A stretch of DNA of 64,000 nucleotides from an uncultured Bacteroidales bacterium. GTDB lineage: Bacteria; Bacteroidota; Bacteroidia; Bacteroidales; UBA4417. The notes beneath the pieces were generated by a model. It was not told the DNA's origin. It worked only from the letters and a program-made list of their open reading frames with translations, and did not search any database. This document shows positions 27,203 to 37,060 of this stretch, piece after piece. Every line of letters begins with the position of its first letter. Within the stretch, counting starts at the first letter, position 1. A program made the translations under genes and the position numbers. The stretch covers positions 21,376-85,375 of the forward strand of contig CAIRMR010000154.1 in assembly GCA_903879715.1 (NCBI GenBank), read 5' to 3'.

Positions 27203-28453
27203 TTAAAATGTTGAACGCATTGCATCAACAGGATCGAGACGTGATGCTGACCAAGCAGGAAACAATCCGGAAATCAAACCAATAACTGCAGATACCGAAA
27301 GCCCCAGGACTATATTCTTGACACTCAGAACGATCTCCATCCCTGCGAAATTTGTGACCAGCACTGTTCCTAAGAAGATTAGCAACAATCCAAACAAACC
27401 ACCCAGCATGGAAAGAAAGACGGCCTCGAAAAGAAATTGCTGTAAAATGAAAGCATTCCTCGCACCTAAGGATTTCTGGATACCAATCTGAGCCGTCCGT
27501 TCTTTTACCGAAACAAACATAATGTTTGCAATACCAAAACCGCCTACCAACAGCGAGAAACCACCAATGATCCATCCGACAACGGCAACAACTCCGAATA
27601 TCTGGTCAAAAGCCTGAGAAATAATGCTTGTTTCATTAATTGAAAAATTATCTTTGGTTGAAGGCTTTAATTTGCGGACTGAACGCATAATCCCTGTCAA
27701 TTCGTCGCTCAAGGCTTCATTCGAAACATTCTTTTTCCCCTTTACCAGGATAGATGATTCAATGTTACGACTATTGAGATCAATAAAGTTGCGGGCAAAA
27801 TTAACCGGCAAAACTACCCACCTGTCGTTCGAGCCACCAAAAGCATTATCACCTTCTTCCTTGAACGTTCCAATAATTTCGATTTTTCGTCCGAAAATCG
27901 AGATTTCCTTGCCAATGGGATCTATTGCATCAGGCAATAACTCTTTTATAATTTTACTGCCAACTATACCTACTGCCCTCCCTCCCTGCGATTCGGCCAA
28001 GGTAAAAAACCTTCCCTCATTCAGGTTAACAGTATTTACTTTGTCATATTCATGCGATGCTCCGATTATAACAGCGTTTTCGAAGGTGATTCCATTTGTT
28101 TTGATATTTCTCTCTGTAGCAACATAGTAACCTGTAGCCTCAGCCAAATTACTTCGTTTTTGAATCTCTTCCATCTCCTGAAGACGGGATTCGGGACGTT
28201 TCATATACTCCCACCAGGCAAAATCAGGTCCTCCTCCCCATGGCCATTTTTGTATATAAAGAACATTGCTGCCAAGTTCTTCAATATTTTTCCTCAGTTT
28301 CATCTCGATGCTATCAAAAACGGTAAGCACCGAAATAACAGAAAATATACCTATTGTTATGCCTAACAGCGACAGAAAGGTCCGTATTTTGTTAGCTACT
28401 ATTGCCTGCATTGCAAATGCAAACGACTCTCGAATTAACCTTAGATAGAGCAT
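27203..28453 (-). CDS. ABC transporter permease, MacB/FtsX type
   Basis: 416 aa with an N-terminal TM segment, a large periplasmic domain, and a C-terminal FtsX 3-TM bundle. Confidence 0.85.
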   Translation of the reverse strand: MLYLRLIRESFAFAMQAIVANKIRTFLSLLGITIGIFSVISVLTVFDSIEMKLRKNIEELGSNVLYIQKWPWGGGPDFAWWEYMKRPESRLQEMEEIQKRSNLAEATGYYVATERNIKTNGITFENAVIIGASHEYDKVNTVNLNEGRFFTLAESQGGRAVGIVGSKIIKELLPDAIDPIGKEISIFGRKIEIIGTFKEEGDNAFGGSNDRWVVLPVNFARNFIDLNSRNIESSILVKGKKNVSNEALSDELTGIMRSVRKLKPSTKDNFSINETSIISQAFDQIFGVVAVVGWIIGGFSLLVGGFGIANIMFVSVKERTAQIGIQKSLGARNAFILQQFLFEAVFLSMLGGLFGLLLIFLGTVLVTNFAGMEIVLSVKNIVLGLSVSAVIGLISGLFPAWSASRLDPVDAMRSTF

Positions 28454-28799
28454 GACTATTTTAAGTATTTTAGTTTAATTAATGTGAGTTGTTTTCAAAA
28501 AAGAGTGCCGGATATCCGTTTCCAGGTGCCTTTTACCATGTGTAGGATCCAATTAAGCCTCTAGTCAGTCCGGAACAAAGGAACCAAGCATTCTTAAGTT
28601 AAATTATAAATTCAAAATTAATAAAAAAGGTTTCCACAACATTTGGTTCCAACCCTCGTGTAAAATTACACACAATTTTGATCTTATGAACTTTTATGAA
28701 TTACTTTCGATAATTATTGAGTGATTTTCGCGTTCTGCTATAAAACATGCCCTAAAATTTAATAAAATTGCAAATTCTTTCAGAAAAAGCTAAATCCCT

Positions 28800-30326
28800 A
28801 TGAATCATATAAAACCCATTCGCTCTGCACTGATTTCGGTGTATCATAAAGACCATATCGACGAAATTGTACTTAAATTAAATGCTTTAGGTGTTACCAT
28901 TTATTCCACCGGTGGTACGTACGACTATATTCGCGACCTGGGTATAGAGGCAATTACAGTTGAAAGCCTGACTTCCTACCCCTCGATTTTTGGTGGCCGG
29001 GTAAAAACCCTGCATCCTAAAGTTTTTGGAGGTATTTTATTCCGGCGCCAGGAAGAGCAAGACGTGAAACAGGCCGCAGAATATGAAATACCTCCCATCG
29101 ACCTGGTAATTGTTGATCTTTACCCCTTTGAAGCCACAGTTGCTTCGGGAGCTGAAGAAGAAGATATTATTGAAAAAATTGATATCGGTGGCATTTCGCT
29201 TATCAGGGCGGCAGCAAAAAACTATAATGATGTAATCATTGTGCCTTCGGCCGAACAATATACCGACCTGATAAAATTACTTAACGAGAAAAATGGAAAC
29301 AGCGATCTGAATGACAGGTTTTATTTTGCCGCACAGGCATTTAATGTTTCATCGCATTACGATTCTGCTATTTTCAATTATTTCAACCGAAAAACAGATA
29401 TCAAAGCATTCAAGCAAAGTCTGAATAAAAGTGAAGTCTTGCGCTATGGTGAAAATCCACACCAGGAAGGTGTTTTTTATGGCGACTTAAGCGAAATTTT
29501 CGAACAACTTCACGGGAAAGCAATTTCGTACAATAACCTTGTTGACCTGGAAGCTGCCCAGGCTCTGATCCGCGAATTTACCGAACCAACTTTTGTAATT
29601 ATCAAACACACCAATGCCTGTGGTGTTGCAAGTCGTCCGTCTTTGAAAGAAGCCTGGCTCGATGCCCTTGCCGGTGACCCTATTTCGGCTTTCGGCGGAG
29701 TGGTAATCACCAATAAAACGGTAGACCTCGAAACTGCTCAGGAAGTGAATAAATTGTTCTTCGAAATAATAATTGCACCTTATTATGAAAATAATGCACT
29801 GGAACTCCTAAAGTCAAAGAAAAATAGAATAATTTTGCAAATTAAACCAGTTGATTTTCAGGCTAAACAATTTAAGTCGGTACTTAACGGAGTAATCGAA
29901 CAGTTAAAGGATACACATACCGAAACTGTTAGTGACTTCAAAACTGTAACCGAGGCACATCCTGATGAACAGCAGGTTAAAGATTTAATATTTGCAAATA
30001 TCATTGTTAAACATTTGAAAAGCAATGCTATTGTACTGGCTAAAAACGGACAGCTTTTAGGTGCCGGATGTGGAATGACTTCAAGGGTCGACGCACTGAA
30101 ACACGCCATTTCGAAAGCTGCTGAGTTCGGCCTTGATTTGCATGATGCTGTTATGGCCTCGGATGCCTTCTTCCCGTTTGCTGATTCTGTTGAGTTAGCT
30201 CACAAACTAGGCGTTACCGCTGTGATTCAACCGGGAGGATCGGTACGCGACGAGGATTCCATAACCTATTGCAACCAGAATGGTTTACCAATGGTTTTTA
30301 CAGGATACAGGCATTTCAAACATTAA
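28800..30326 (+). CDS. purH: Bifunctional AICAR transformylase / IMP cyclohydrolase
   Basis: 508 aa. ALISVYHKD, GGRVKTLHPK and a C-terminal RHFKH are typical of PurH. Confidence 0.95.
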   Translation: MNHIKPIRSALISVYHKDHIDEIVLKLNALGVTIYSTGGTYDYIRDLGIEAITVESLTSYPSIFGGRVKTLHPKVFGGILFRRQEEQDVKQAAEYEIPPIDLVIVDLYPFEATVASGAEEEDIIEKIDIGGISLIRAAAKNYNDVIIVPSAEQYTDLIKLLNEKNGNSDLNDRFYFAAQAFNVSSHYDSAIFNYFNRKTDIKAFKQSLNKSEVLRYGENPHQEGVFYGDLSEIFEQLHGKAISYNNLVDLEAAQALIREFTEPTFVIIKHTNACGVASRPSLKEAWLDALAGDPISAFGGVVITNKTVDLETAQEVNKLFFEIIIAPYYENNALELLKSKKNRIILQIKPVDFQAKQFKSVLNGVIEQLKDTHTETVSDFKTVTEAHPDEQQVKDLIFANIIVKHLKSNAIVLAKNGQLLGAGCGMTSRVDALKHAISKAAEFGLDLHDAVMASDAFFPFADSVELAHKLGVTAVIQPGGSVRDEDSITYCNQNGLPMVFTGYRHFKH

Positions 30327-30403
30327 AACAAAATCCGGAATTTGAGCCGGGATAGATTTAAAAGTAAAACATACATTTTAAAAAAGAGGAAGAATACAAA
30401 CAC

Positions 30404-31426
30404 ATGGGACTTTTTTCATTTCTTACCAAAGAAATTGCGATGGATCTTGGCACTGCCAATACCATTATTATATATAACGACAAGGTAGTTGTTGATGAAC
30501 CTTCAATCATAGCGATTGAACGGAGTACAGGCAAAGTGCTTGCAGTGGGCAAACGTGCGCAGATGATGCACGGCAAAACCCACGAAAATATTAAGACTAT
30601 CCGCCCTTTACGTGATGGTGTAATCGCTGATTTCCAGTCGGCGGAGTACATGATCCGCGAATTTATCAAGATGATAGGGCCAAGCCGCAGCCTTTTTCCA
30701 CCGGCATTGAGAATGGTTATATGTATTCCATCAGGTATTACTGAAGTGGAAGAACGTGCTGTAAAAGACTCAGCTGAACAAGCCGGTGCCAAGGAAGTAC
30801 GCCTTATCCACGAACCTATGGCAGCTGCTATCGGTATCGGAATTGATGTACTCGAACCTACGGGAAACATGGTTATTGATATCGGCGGCGGTACCAGCGA
30901 AATCGCAGTTATTGCATTGGGTGGTATTGTAAACAATAAGTCTATTCGTATTGCCGGCGATGATTTCAATGCCGACATCGAAGAATACATGCGTAAACAG
31001 CATAATATCAATATTGGTGAGCGTACTTCGGAACTTATCAAGATTGAAGTTGGATCTGCTCTTACCGAAATTGATAACCCACCACCTGATTATGCTGTAC
31101 ATGGCCGTGATATGCTCACCGGTATCCCAAAAGAGATTTATGTAAACTACGCTGAAATTGCTCACGCACTGGATAAATCCATTTCGAAAATTGAAGCCGC
31201 CGTGCTGAATGCCCTCGAAATGACACCTCCTGAACTGGCTGCCGATATTTTTAAAACCGGTATTTATCTTGCTGGCGGAGGTTCGTTGCTACGCGGACTC
31301 GACAAACGTATTCACATGAAGACCAAACTGCCGATTCATGTTGCCGATGATCCTTTGCACGCCGTTGCCCGTGGTACAGGTATAGCTCTCAAGAATTTTG
31401 ACAAGTTTACTTTCCTTATTAAATAG
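30404..31426 (+). CDS. mreB: Rod shape-determining protein MreB
   Basis: 340 aa with actin-fold motifs (DLGTANT, VIDIGGGTSE, LAGGGSLLRGLD). Confidence 0.95.
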   Translation: MGLFSFLTKEIAMDLGTANTIIIYNDKVVVDEPSIIAIERSTGKVLAVGKRAQMMHGKTHENIKTIRPLRDGVIADFQSAEYMIREFIKMIGPSRSLFPPALRMVICIPSGITEVEERAVKDSAEQAGAKEVRLIHEPMAAAIGIGIDVLEPTGNMVIDIGGGTSEIAVIALGGIVNNKSIRIAGDDFNADIEEYMRKQHNINIGERTSELIKIEVGSALTEIDNPPPDYAVHGRDMLTGIPKEIYVNYAEIAHALDKSISKIEAAVLNALEMTPPELAADIFKTGIYLAGGGSLLRGLDKRIHMKTKLPIHVADDPLHAVARGTGIALKNFDKFTFLIK

Positions 31427-31463
31427 TTTCTTCTCAAAAATAGTACTATACAATTTGAATACC

Positions 31464-31554
31464 AACCAAGGATTAACGATTTTTGATTTTAGAAGAAGTA
31501 GTATCAGACTGCGACAGCACTTGCATCACAAATCGTTAATCAGTGTTCCTTGTT
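31464..31554. repeat. Long-range inverted repeat in the mreB-mreC spacer
   Basis: attaacgattt (31472-31482) pairs with aaatcgttaat (31530-31540), 11 bp exact. The pairing is extended by aaccaagg/ccttgtt across a 7-nt bulge. Confidence 0.6.
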
Positions 31555-31600
31555 CTTAAATCAAATAATACCCGTTTAACAAACGATACCGTAGCTGACT

Positions 31601-32440
31601 ATGCGTAATATCCTGGTTTTTATTATCCGGTATCATTTACTGCTCCTGTTTCTGCTGCTTGAGTTTTTATCAATCACACTTCTGGTAAATTCAACGTATT
31701 ACCAGAGTTCGGCTATTTTGAAAGCCGGAAGCAGGTTTACAGGTCGTTTTTATACCGGCGTTAGCAATGCTACCGATTACCTTAAGCTTCGCACCACAAA
31801 TGAGCACCTGGCCCGGGAAAACGCCTTGCTGAGGCAAATGAAAGGCGTTTCCTTTTTAAGGAACGATACTAACACATTCTGGGTTAACGATACACTTTAC
31901 AAACAGCAGTACAAGTATGTTGTCGCAAAGGTTGTTCTTAATACTGTCGGTAAGCGGAACAATTACATCATGCTCGATAAAGGCAGCCGCAGCGGCATTC
32001 AAAAGGATATGGCAGTAATCACTTCAAGGGGAGTAGTCGGAACAGTAGTAAACGTATCAGAAAATTTCAGCTGGGTGATGAGCATGTTAAATAAACATAC
32101 ACGAATCAGTGGCCGGATTATCAAAAACGGCCAGATGGGAACCATAGTCTGGAACGGAGTTGATCATTTATACGGTACGTTAACCGACATTCCTGCCCAC
32201 GTTAAAATTGCCAAAGGCGATACCATTATGAGCAGCGGTTTTTCTTATATATTCCCTGAAGGCCTTATGATTGGCACTATATCCGATTTCAGGGTTGAAC
32301 AGGGCGATCACTTCTATACCATTCCTTTTAAATTCAGTGTTGATTTTAATTCGTTGCAATATGTATATGTTGTCCGAAACCTGATGAAAAACGAACAGGA
32401 AACGCTTGAAAAAAGTATGGAAGGGCTGAAAGATGAATAG
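31601..32440 (+). CDS. mreC: Rod shape-determining protein MreC
   Basis: 279 aa with an N-terminal TM segment and a coiled region (LARENALLRQ). Assignment is supported by its position after mreB. Confidence 0.85.
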   Translation: MRNILVFIIRYHLLLLFLLLEFLSITLLVNSTYYQSSAILKAGSRFTGRFYTGVSNATDYLKLRTTNEHLARENALLRQMKGVSFLRNDTNTFWVNDTLYKQQYKYVVAKVVLNTVGKRNNYIMLDKGSRSGIQKDMAVITSRGVVGTVVNVSENFSWVMSMLNKHTRISGRIIKNGQMGTIVWNGVDHLYGTLTDIPAHVKIAKGDTIMSSGFSYIFPEGLMIGTISDFRVEQGDHFYTIPFKFSVDFNSLQYVYVVRNLMKNEQETLEKSMEGLKDE

Positions 32441-32951
32441 ACTTGTTGTAACAAATATCTTCAGGTTTATTGCACTGGTTCTTATACAGGTGCTAATTAT
32501 GAATAAAGTAAACTTCTACGGATTCCTCAATCCGTATATTTATATTTTATTTATCCTGCTGCTCCCATTTGAAACACCGGGCTGGCTTTTACTTGTGTTA
32601 TCATTTTCACTAGGTTTAACGGTTGATCTTTTTAGTGGTACATTGGGTTTGCATGCTGCCAGCAGTGTTTTTGCGGGATTTATGCGGCCGGTAATCATTA
32701 AGTTTGTCGGCGAAAAGCCTGAATATGATATTACCACGCAACCCAAACTTCAGCAGATGGGGCTGAAATGGTTTATGGCTTATGCCATGCTGATGATTTT
32801 TGCGCATCACCTGTTTCTGAATATGCTGGATGTTTTCAGCTTCGACGAATTCTGGCAGACGCTGCTCCGCGTTATTGTAAGCTCACTGTTCACTTTTCTG
32901 TTTATAATGCTGTTCGAATATATTTTCGTGCCCAGGAAGGAAAAAAAATAA
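32433..32951 (+). CDS. mreD: Rod shape-determining protein MreD
   Basis: 172 aa polytopic membrane protein. It overlaps mreC by 8 nt in the canonical position. Confidence 0.75.
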   Translation: MNRLVVTNIFRFIALVLIQVLIMNKVNFYGFLNPYIYILFILLLPFETPGWLLLVLSFSLGLTVDLFSGTLGLHAASSVFAGFMRPVIIKFVGEKPEYDITTQPKLQQMGLKWFMAYAMLMIFAHHLFLNMLDVFSFDEFWQTLLRVIVSSLFTFLFIMLFEYIFVPRKEKK

Positions 32952-32972
32952 ATCAAAAATAAATTAAACCAT

Positions 32973-34082
32973 ATGCGAAAATTATTTGTAGGAAGCATTA
33001 TAGGTGCTGTTCTGCTTTCAGTAATATCATGCAATGCCATGAAAACAGACGGATACATTATCGTTGGTACCATAAAGGGTGCTGATAACGGATGGGTTCT
33101 GCTTAAGAAACGTGAAGAAGGAAAAATGATCACTGCTGATTCCGTGCAGGTTAAAGAAGGGAAATTTGCTTTCGCCGGCAAAGTTGATATTCCCGAAGTA
33201 TTTTACCTGAAACTTGCCAATGTGGATGGGGCCTTCCCTTTCTTTATCGAAAACGGCGCGTTAACTATGAAGGTGTATACTGATAGCATTGACAAATCCT
33301 CGGTTACAGGTTCGGTTTCACAGGATGCATTTATTGCATACCAAAAAGAGGAATCAGTGTATAATCTTAAAATGGAAGCCCTTTACGGTGACTATATGAA
33401 GTGTAAAGAGGCTCATGATTCAATTGGAGTGAAAACAGTTGAAACAGCTTACGATTCCGTTCAGAAAGCACAATCCATATTCACAAAAGAATATATTCTG
33501 AAAAACGGGAAAAGCGTTGTGGCAGCTTATCTTGCCATCAGCTCCGCTTATGCCTATTCTCTCGAAGATCTGAAAGCCATCAATAAAGCCATGGATCCTT
33601 CCATTGCCAATTCAGCCTATGTTAAAAATCTTGTCGAACGAGAAACTATCCTGACTAAAGTTGAGCCAGGACAACCGGCTCCTGATTTCACACTCAACGA
33701 TACAACCGGAAACCCTGTCAGCCTGAGCAGCTTCAAAGGTAAGGTGGTTTTGGTTGATTTCTGGGCATCATGGTGTGGCCCATGCAGGGCTGAAAACCCC
33801 AATGTAGTAGCCGCTTACAAAAAATTCAACAGCAAAGGATTTACAGTTTTTGGCGTATCTCTTGATACGGATAAGGGTAAATGGCAGGCTGCTGTTGCTA
33901 AAGACGAACTGACCTGGACACATGTAAGCGACCTGATCGGATGGAAAAATGCAGCTGCAAAACAATATGGTGTTATGTCGATTCCGGCTAATTTCCTGAT
34001 TGATGAAGAAGGGGAAATTATAGGAAGCAGTCTTCGTGGCGATGATCTTGTTAAAAAACTTGAAGAGGTTTTAGGGAAATAA
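32973..34082 (+). CDS. TlpA-like thiol-disulfide oxidoreductase with N-terminal DUF4369-like domain
   Basis: 369 aa with a lipobox-like signal (LSVISCNA) and the thioredoxin motif WASWCGPC. Confidence 0.85.
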   Translation: MRKLFVGSIIGAVLLSVISCNAMKTDGYIIVGTIKGADNGWVLLKKREEGKMITADSVQVKEGKFAFAGKVDIPEVFYLKLANVDGAFPFFIENGALTMKVYTDSIDKSSVTGSVSQDAFIAYQKEESVYNLKMEALYGDYMKCKEAHDSIGVKTVETAYDSVQKAQSIFTKEYILKNGKSVVAAYLAISSAYAYSLEDLKAINKAMDPSIANSAYVKNLVERETILTKVEPGQPAPDFTLNDTTGNPVSLSSFKGKVVLVDFWASWCGPCRAENPNVVAAYKKFNSKGFTVFGVSLDTDKGKWQAAVAKDELTWTHVSDLIGWKNAAAKQYGVMSIPANFLIDEEGEIIGSSLRGDDLVKKLEEVLGK

Positions 34083-34102
34083 TTAGCTGTTTCTTTTAAA
34101 AT

Positions 34103-34137
34103 AAAAACCCGGAACCAGTGATGATTCCGGGTTTTTT
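34103..34137. terminator. Bidirectional intrinsic terminator between convergent genes
   Basis: aaaaacccggaa / ttccgggttttt, with an A-tract on one side and a T-tract on the other. Confidence 0.8.
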
Positions 34138-34165
34138 AATGCCCTGAGTTTTTCAAGGGAAAAAA

Positions 34166-35032
34166 CTATTTGGTTCCATCATCTTTTATAATGATGACTG
34201 TAGTTTTCTTCTTTGCCGGAACAGACTTGTCAACTTCTTCATTGATAATTACCTGGTCGCCGTTTTCGGTCTTCTTAACATTGCGACGAATTACAACATT
34301 TTCCCCCGGTTCTCCATAGATAATTTCGCGTTCTTCGTTACCAGGGGCCATTCCCTGATCACTATTCCGATGGATAATTATTCTTTCTTCCTTTTTGTTT
34401 CCATGCCTGTGCTCATTGCCGTTTCCGTCCCGATCTTCGAAAGTTATAATTACCTTTTTACCATTGTGTTTCTTTTTAACTACAACCTGTTTCATTTCGC
34501 CGAAAGGCATAACATTATCAAGACCGAATGACCTGGCCATTCCTTCCAGCATATCTTCAAACTGTTGGCCGTCGAAATGGTGAAACTCTTTGGGCATACT
34601 GAAATTAAAGGGCATTCCCGAATTAGGAGGGAAAGGCATATCAAACTTGTCGTCGAAAAGTAATGTCTTGTCATCGTTTATTATAATCGTGTCAGGGATG
34701 CTGTCATCAGAATCATTCCAGCTGAATTCCTGCGAACCCGGATGACGGATAATAATATGTTTCTGAACATTGTTGCCTGTTTCAGGTATATCGTTCAGAA
34801 CGCCTTTTTCTTCAAGAAAAGCATCCGCATCAAAATCCCCGTCAGTAACTACTGTTGAATCAATCACAACTGTATTTCCATCCACTTCTTTTGTAATATG
34901 AATGGTAATTGTCTTTTTCGACTTTGCCTGGTCCTCCGTTTTCTGCTGTGCAAAACTTCTGCCTGGAAGAAGCAGGAAACCCGCAGCCGCAAATGCCAGC
35001 AGGAAAAATGACTTAGTAGTAATGGTTTTCAT
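34166..35032 (-). CDS. Secreted hypothetical protein, charged/low-complexity
   Basis: 288 aa with a signal peptide ending SFAQ. I do not recognise a family. Confidence 0.55.
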   Translation of the reverse strand: MKTITTKSFFLLAFAAAGFLLLPGRSFAQQKTEDQAKSKKTITIHITKEVDGNTVVIDSTVVTDGDFDADAFLEEKGVLNDIPETGNNVQKHIIIRHPGSQEFSWNDSDDSIPDTIIINDDKTLLFDDKFDMPFPPNSGMPFNFSMPKEFHHFDGQQFEDMLEGMARSFGLDNVMPFGEMKQVVVKKKHNGKKVIITFEDRDGNGNEHRHGNKKEERIIIHRNSDQGMAPGNEEREIIYGEPGENVVIRRNVKKTENGDQVIINEEVDKSVPAKKKTTVIIIKDDGTK

Positions 35033-35233
35033 ATAAATTCTGATTTGAGATTAAGTGTCTTTATATTCTACTTCAAAAGTAAATAACAAACAATTGACTA
35101 ATTCTCATTATCCGTTAATTATTGTTAAGACTTGTTAATTATCAATCCGTTATAATCTGGCAGAAAGATAACTCCCTGGCTTTTATCCTGACGCTTCTCC
35201 TTTTTGAATATATTTGAAGTTCATTACAATGAA

Positions 35234-36034
35234 ATGAAGAAAACAGGAGGCACATTAGGTCTTTTACAGTTTGAAAACCTGGGCAGGATTCCAAACCTGG
35301 TTCATTTTATTACTACGCGCTCAGGAGGAGTGAGCCTTCCACCTTACGACTCGTTGAACCTGGGACTTCATACTGCTGATAATTTCGATAAAGTACTTGC
35401 TAATCGCGCATTATTAGCAAAAGAAACAGGAATAGGGAAGGAGAAGTTTCTATACGCCAGCCAGGTACATAGCGGGGATGTAAAAATAATTGATTCAACA
35501 GCTATAGGAAACGGAGTTTTATCCCAGAATCCACGTACTGATGCAACAATTACAGCTTTACCCGGTATTTGCCTGATGGTAATGGTAGCGGATTGCGTTC
35601 CCATATTATTGTTCGATCCGGTAAAGAAAGTAAGCGCCGTAATTCATGCCGGCTGGCGAGGAACGGTATATAAAATTACTTCCAATACGATCCAGGCTAT
35701 GGTCGGGCATTTCGGTTGCGATCCGGCTGATATACTGGCCGGGATTGGCCCTTCCATCGGTCCTTGTTGTTATGAAGTAGGTGAAGATGTAACGGAATTT
35801 GTGACACAGAGTTTTGGCACTACCGATGGTTATTTGATTCGAAAGAATGATACTTCAAAACCTCATTTCGACCTTTGGTATGCTAACCAAAAACAACTTA
35901 CCGACAATGATGTGTTGCCCGAAAATATTGAAACTTCAGCACTTTGCACTATGTGCCATTCTGAGACTTTCTTTTCGTCACGGGCTTCCGGGGGAGTAAC
36001 CGGAAGGTTTGCGGCGGGGGTTTGTATTCTCTAA
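35234..36034 (+). CDS. pgeF: Peptidoglycan editing factor PgeF (YfiH / laccase-domain family)
   Basis: VADCVPILLFD and HAGWRG motifs are present. The start is ambiguous: the ATG at 35234 is preferred over the TTG at 35204 given in the ORF track. Confidence 0.8.
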   Translation: MKKTGGTLGLLQFENLGRIPNLVHFITTRSGGVSLPPYDSLNLGLHTADNFDKVLANRALLAKETGIGKEKFLYASQVHSGDVKIIDSTAIGNGVLSQNPRTDATITALPGICLMVMVADCVPILLFDPVKKVSAVIHAGWRGTVYKITSNTIQAMVGHFGCDPADILAGIGPSIGPCCYEVGEDVTEFVTQSFGTTDGYLIRKNDTSKPHFDLWYANQKQLTDNDVLPENIETSALCTMCHSETFFSSRASGGVTGRFAAGVCIL

Positions 36035-36047
36035 GTTTGAAAGGTTT

Positions 36048-36159
36048 CTTATTTCAGGATCATCTTTTCCCTAAGAATTAACCACGGAGGCTCGGAGATC
36101 ACAGAGAGACACGGAGTTTAGTTTTAATATTTGGAGTTAATTTAAAAACCTGAAATAAG
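36048..36159. repeat. Single-arm CACGGAG-type array enclosed by an 11-bp perfect inverted repeat
   Basis: cttatttcagg (36048-36058) pairs with cctgaaataag (36149-36159). Inside lies aaccacggaggctcggagatcacagagagacacggag (36080-36116). Its first 12 nt, aaccacggaggc, are identical to the start of the 14958 element. Confidence 0.7.
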
Positions 36160-36187
36160 TGTGACAAACCTGGTAACTACAAATTAT

Positions 36188-36225
36188 TTTAAAAAACAAA
36201 GGCAGTGCCGATGACACTGCCTTTG
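36188..36225 (-). terminator. Intrinsic terminator on the minus strand, ~180 nt downstream of the DUF3127 gene
   Basis: caaaggcagtg / cactgcctttg forms an 11-bp stem with a 7-nt loop. It is followed on the minus strand by ttttttaaaat. Confidence 0.65.
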
Positions 36226-36405
36226 AACTATAAAAAAAATAATTTCATTTCTGATACGTCTTTTCCCTTCGGAAATCTCCACTGGAAAAAGGGAGACCCT
36301 TAACAACAAGATTTAGTCAGTTTTCAACAAATACTCCTTATCAATGTCACCTTTTCTGCACTGAGCGAAGTTGGAGAGTCGCTTCTTCTCACTATAGCCC
36401 AATCC

Positions 36406-36774
36406 CTAGAAAGGAAGATCGTCCTCAACCGGTGCCGCGTTAAACGAAGCCGGAGCATCATTTGGCACTTGTGGCGACGATGTATGTGTTGGCGCGGAAG
36501 CAGTAGCTCCCTGTTTTTCAACTTTCCAGGCTCTGGCTTCGGTAAACCAGCGGGCATTGTATTCGCGGCTTTCCAAATCAAAAAACACTTTTACCGTTTC
36601 ATTCAGGCTTAAGCCAGCCTGGTCAATTTTATCGCCCCAGAGGGAGAAACATACTTTTTTCGGGAACTGTCCGTCGGCTATTTCAATAATAAATTCCTGT
36701 TTACGCCATTCGCCGTTTTTGCCTTGCCCGGTTACTAAAGGTAACAACTGAGCAACTCTTCCAATAATTTCCAT
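36406..36774 (-). CDS. DUF3127 domain protein (OB-fold-like)
   Basis: 122 aa. The N-terminus MEIIGRVAQLLPLVTGQGKNGEWRKQEFIIE...VCFSLWGDKID is typical of DUF3127 as I recall it. Confidence 0.7.
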   Translation of the reverse strand: MEIIGRVAQLLPLVTGQGKNGEWRKQEFIIEIADGQFPKKVCFSLWGDKIDQAGLSLNETVKVFFDLESREYNARWFTEARAWKVEKQGATASAPTHTSSPQVPNDAPASFNAAPVEDDLPF

Positions 36775-37060
36775 TTCTGATTATTTTTGATTTTGATGTG
36801 CGAAAATAAGATAAAAAATCAGATTTGGGGCTTGGTGTTTATAACTAAATTTACAGATAAAGTCAAAGCCTCAACTATTTTTAACTGATTTTCTGCAATT
36901 TGATCTAAAGTGTGATATCTTCGTTGTTGTGATGTTTGAAGTAAGCCGGGAATTTAGTTTATAGAGTTGTATATATAGGGCCTTAGTATACTATGATGAA
37001 AACGGGAAGTATTATAATCTGATATTTTATAGTAAGTTATGCATTAAAAAATAATCAGCC

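Noticed and set aside
28454-28799. ZTP (pfl) or purine riboswitch upstream of purH
   Set aside because: I could not find the conserved pfl core segments (GGGTCGTGAC..., CCGCCTGGGC) or a purine-riboswitch three-way junction by eye. A covariance-model scan would be the decisive check.
30358-31041. 227-aa ORF antisense to mreB, plus similar long antisense ORFs at 46783-47313, 50396-50926, 27624-28127, 15592-15975 and 11775-12173
   Set aside because: These are shadow ORFs opposite strongly supported genes. They have Ser/Ile/Pro-rich low-complexity composition and resemble no family.
32973-34082. Absence of mrdA/rodA after mreD (a TlpA-like gene instead) as a sign of rearrangement
   Set aside because: Gene order downstream of mreBCD varies among Bacteroidota, and nothing in the sequence indicates a recent insertion or truncation.
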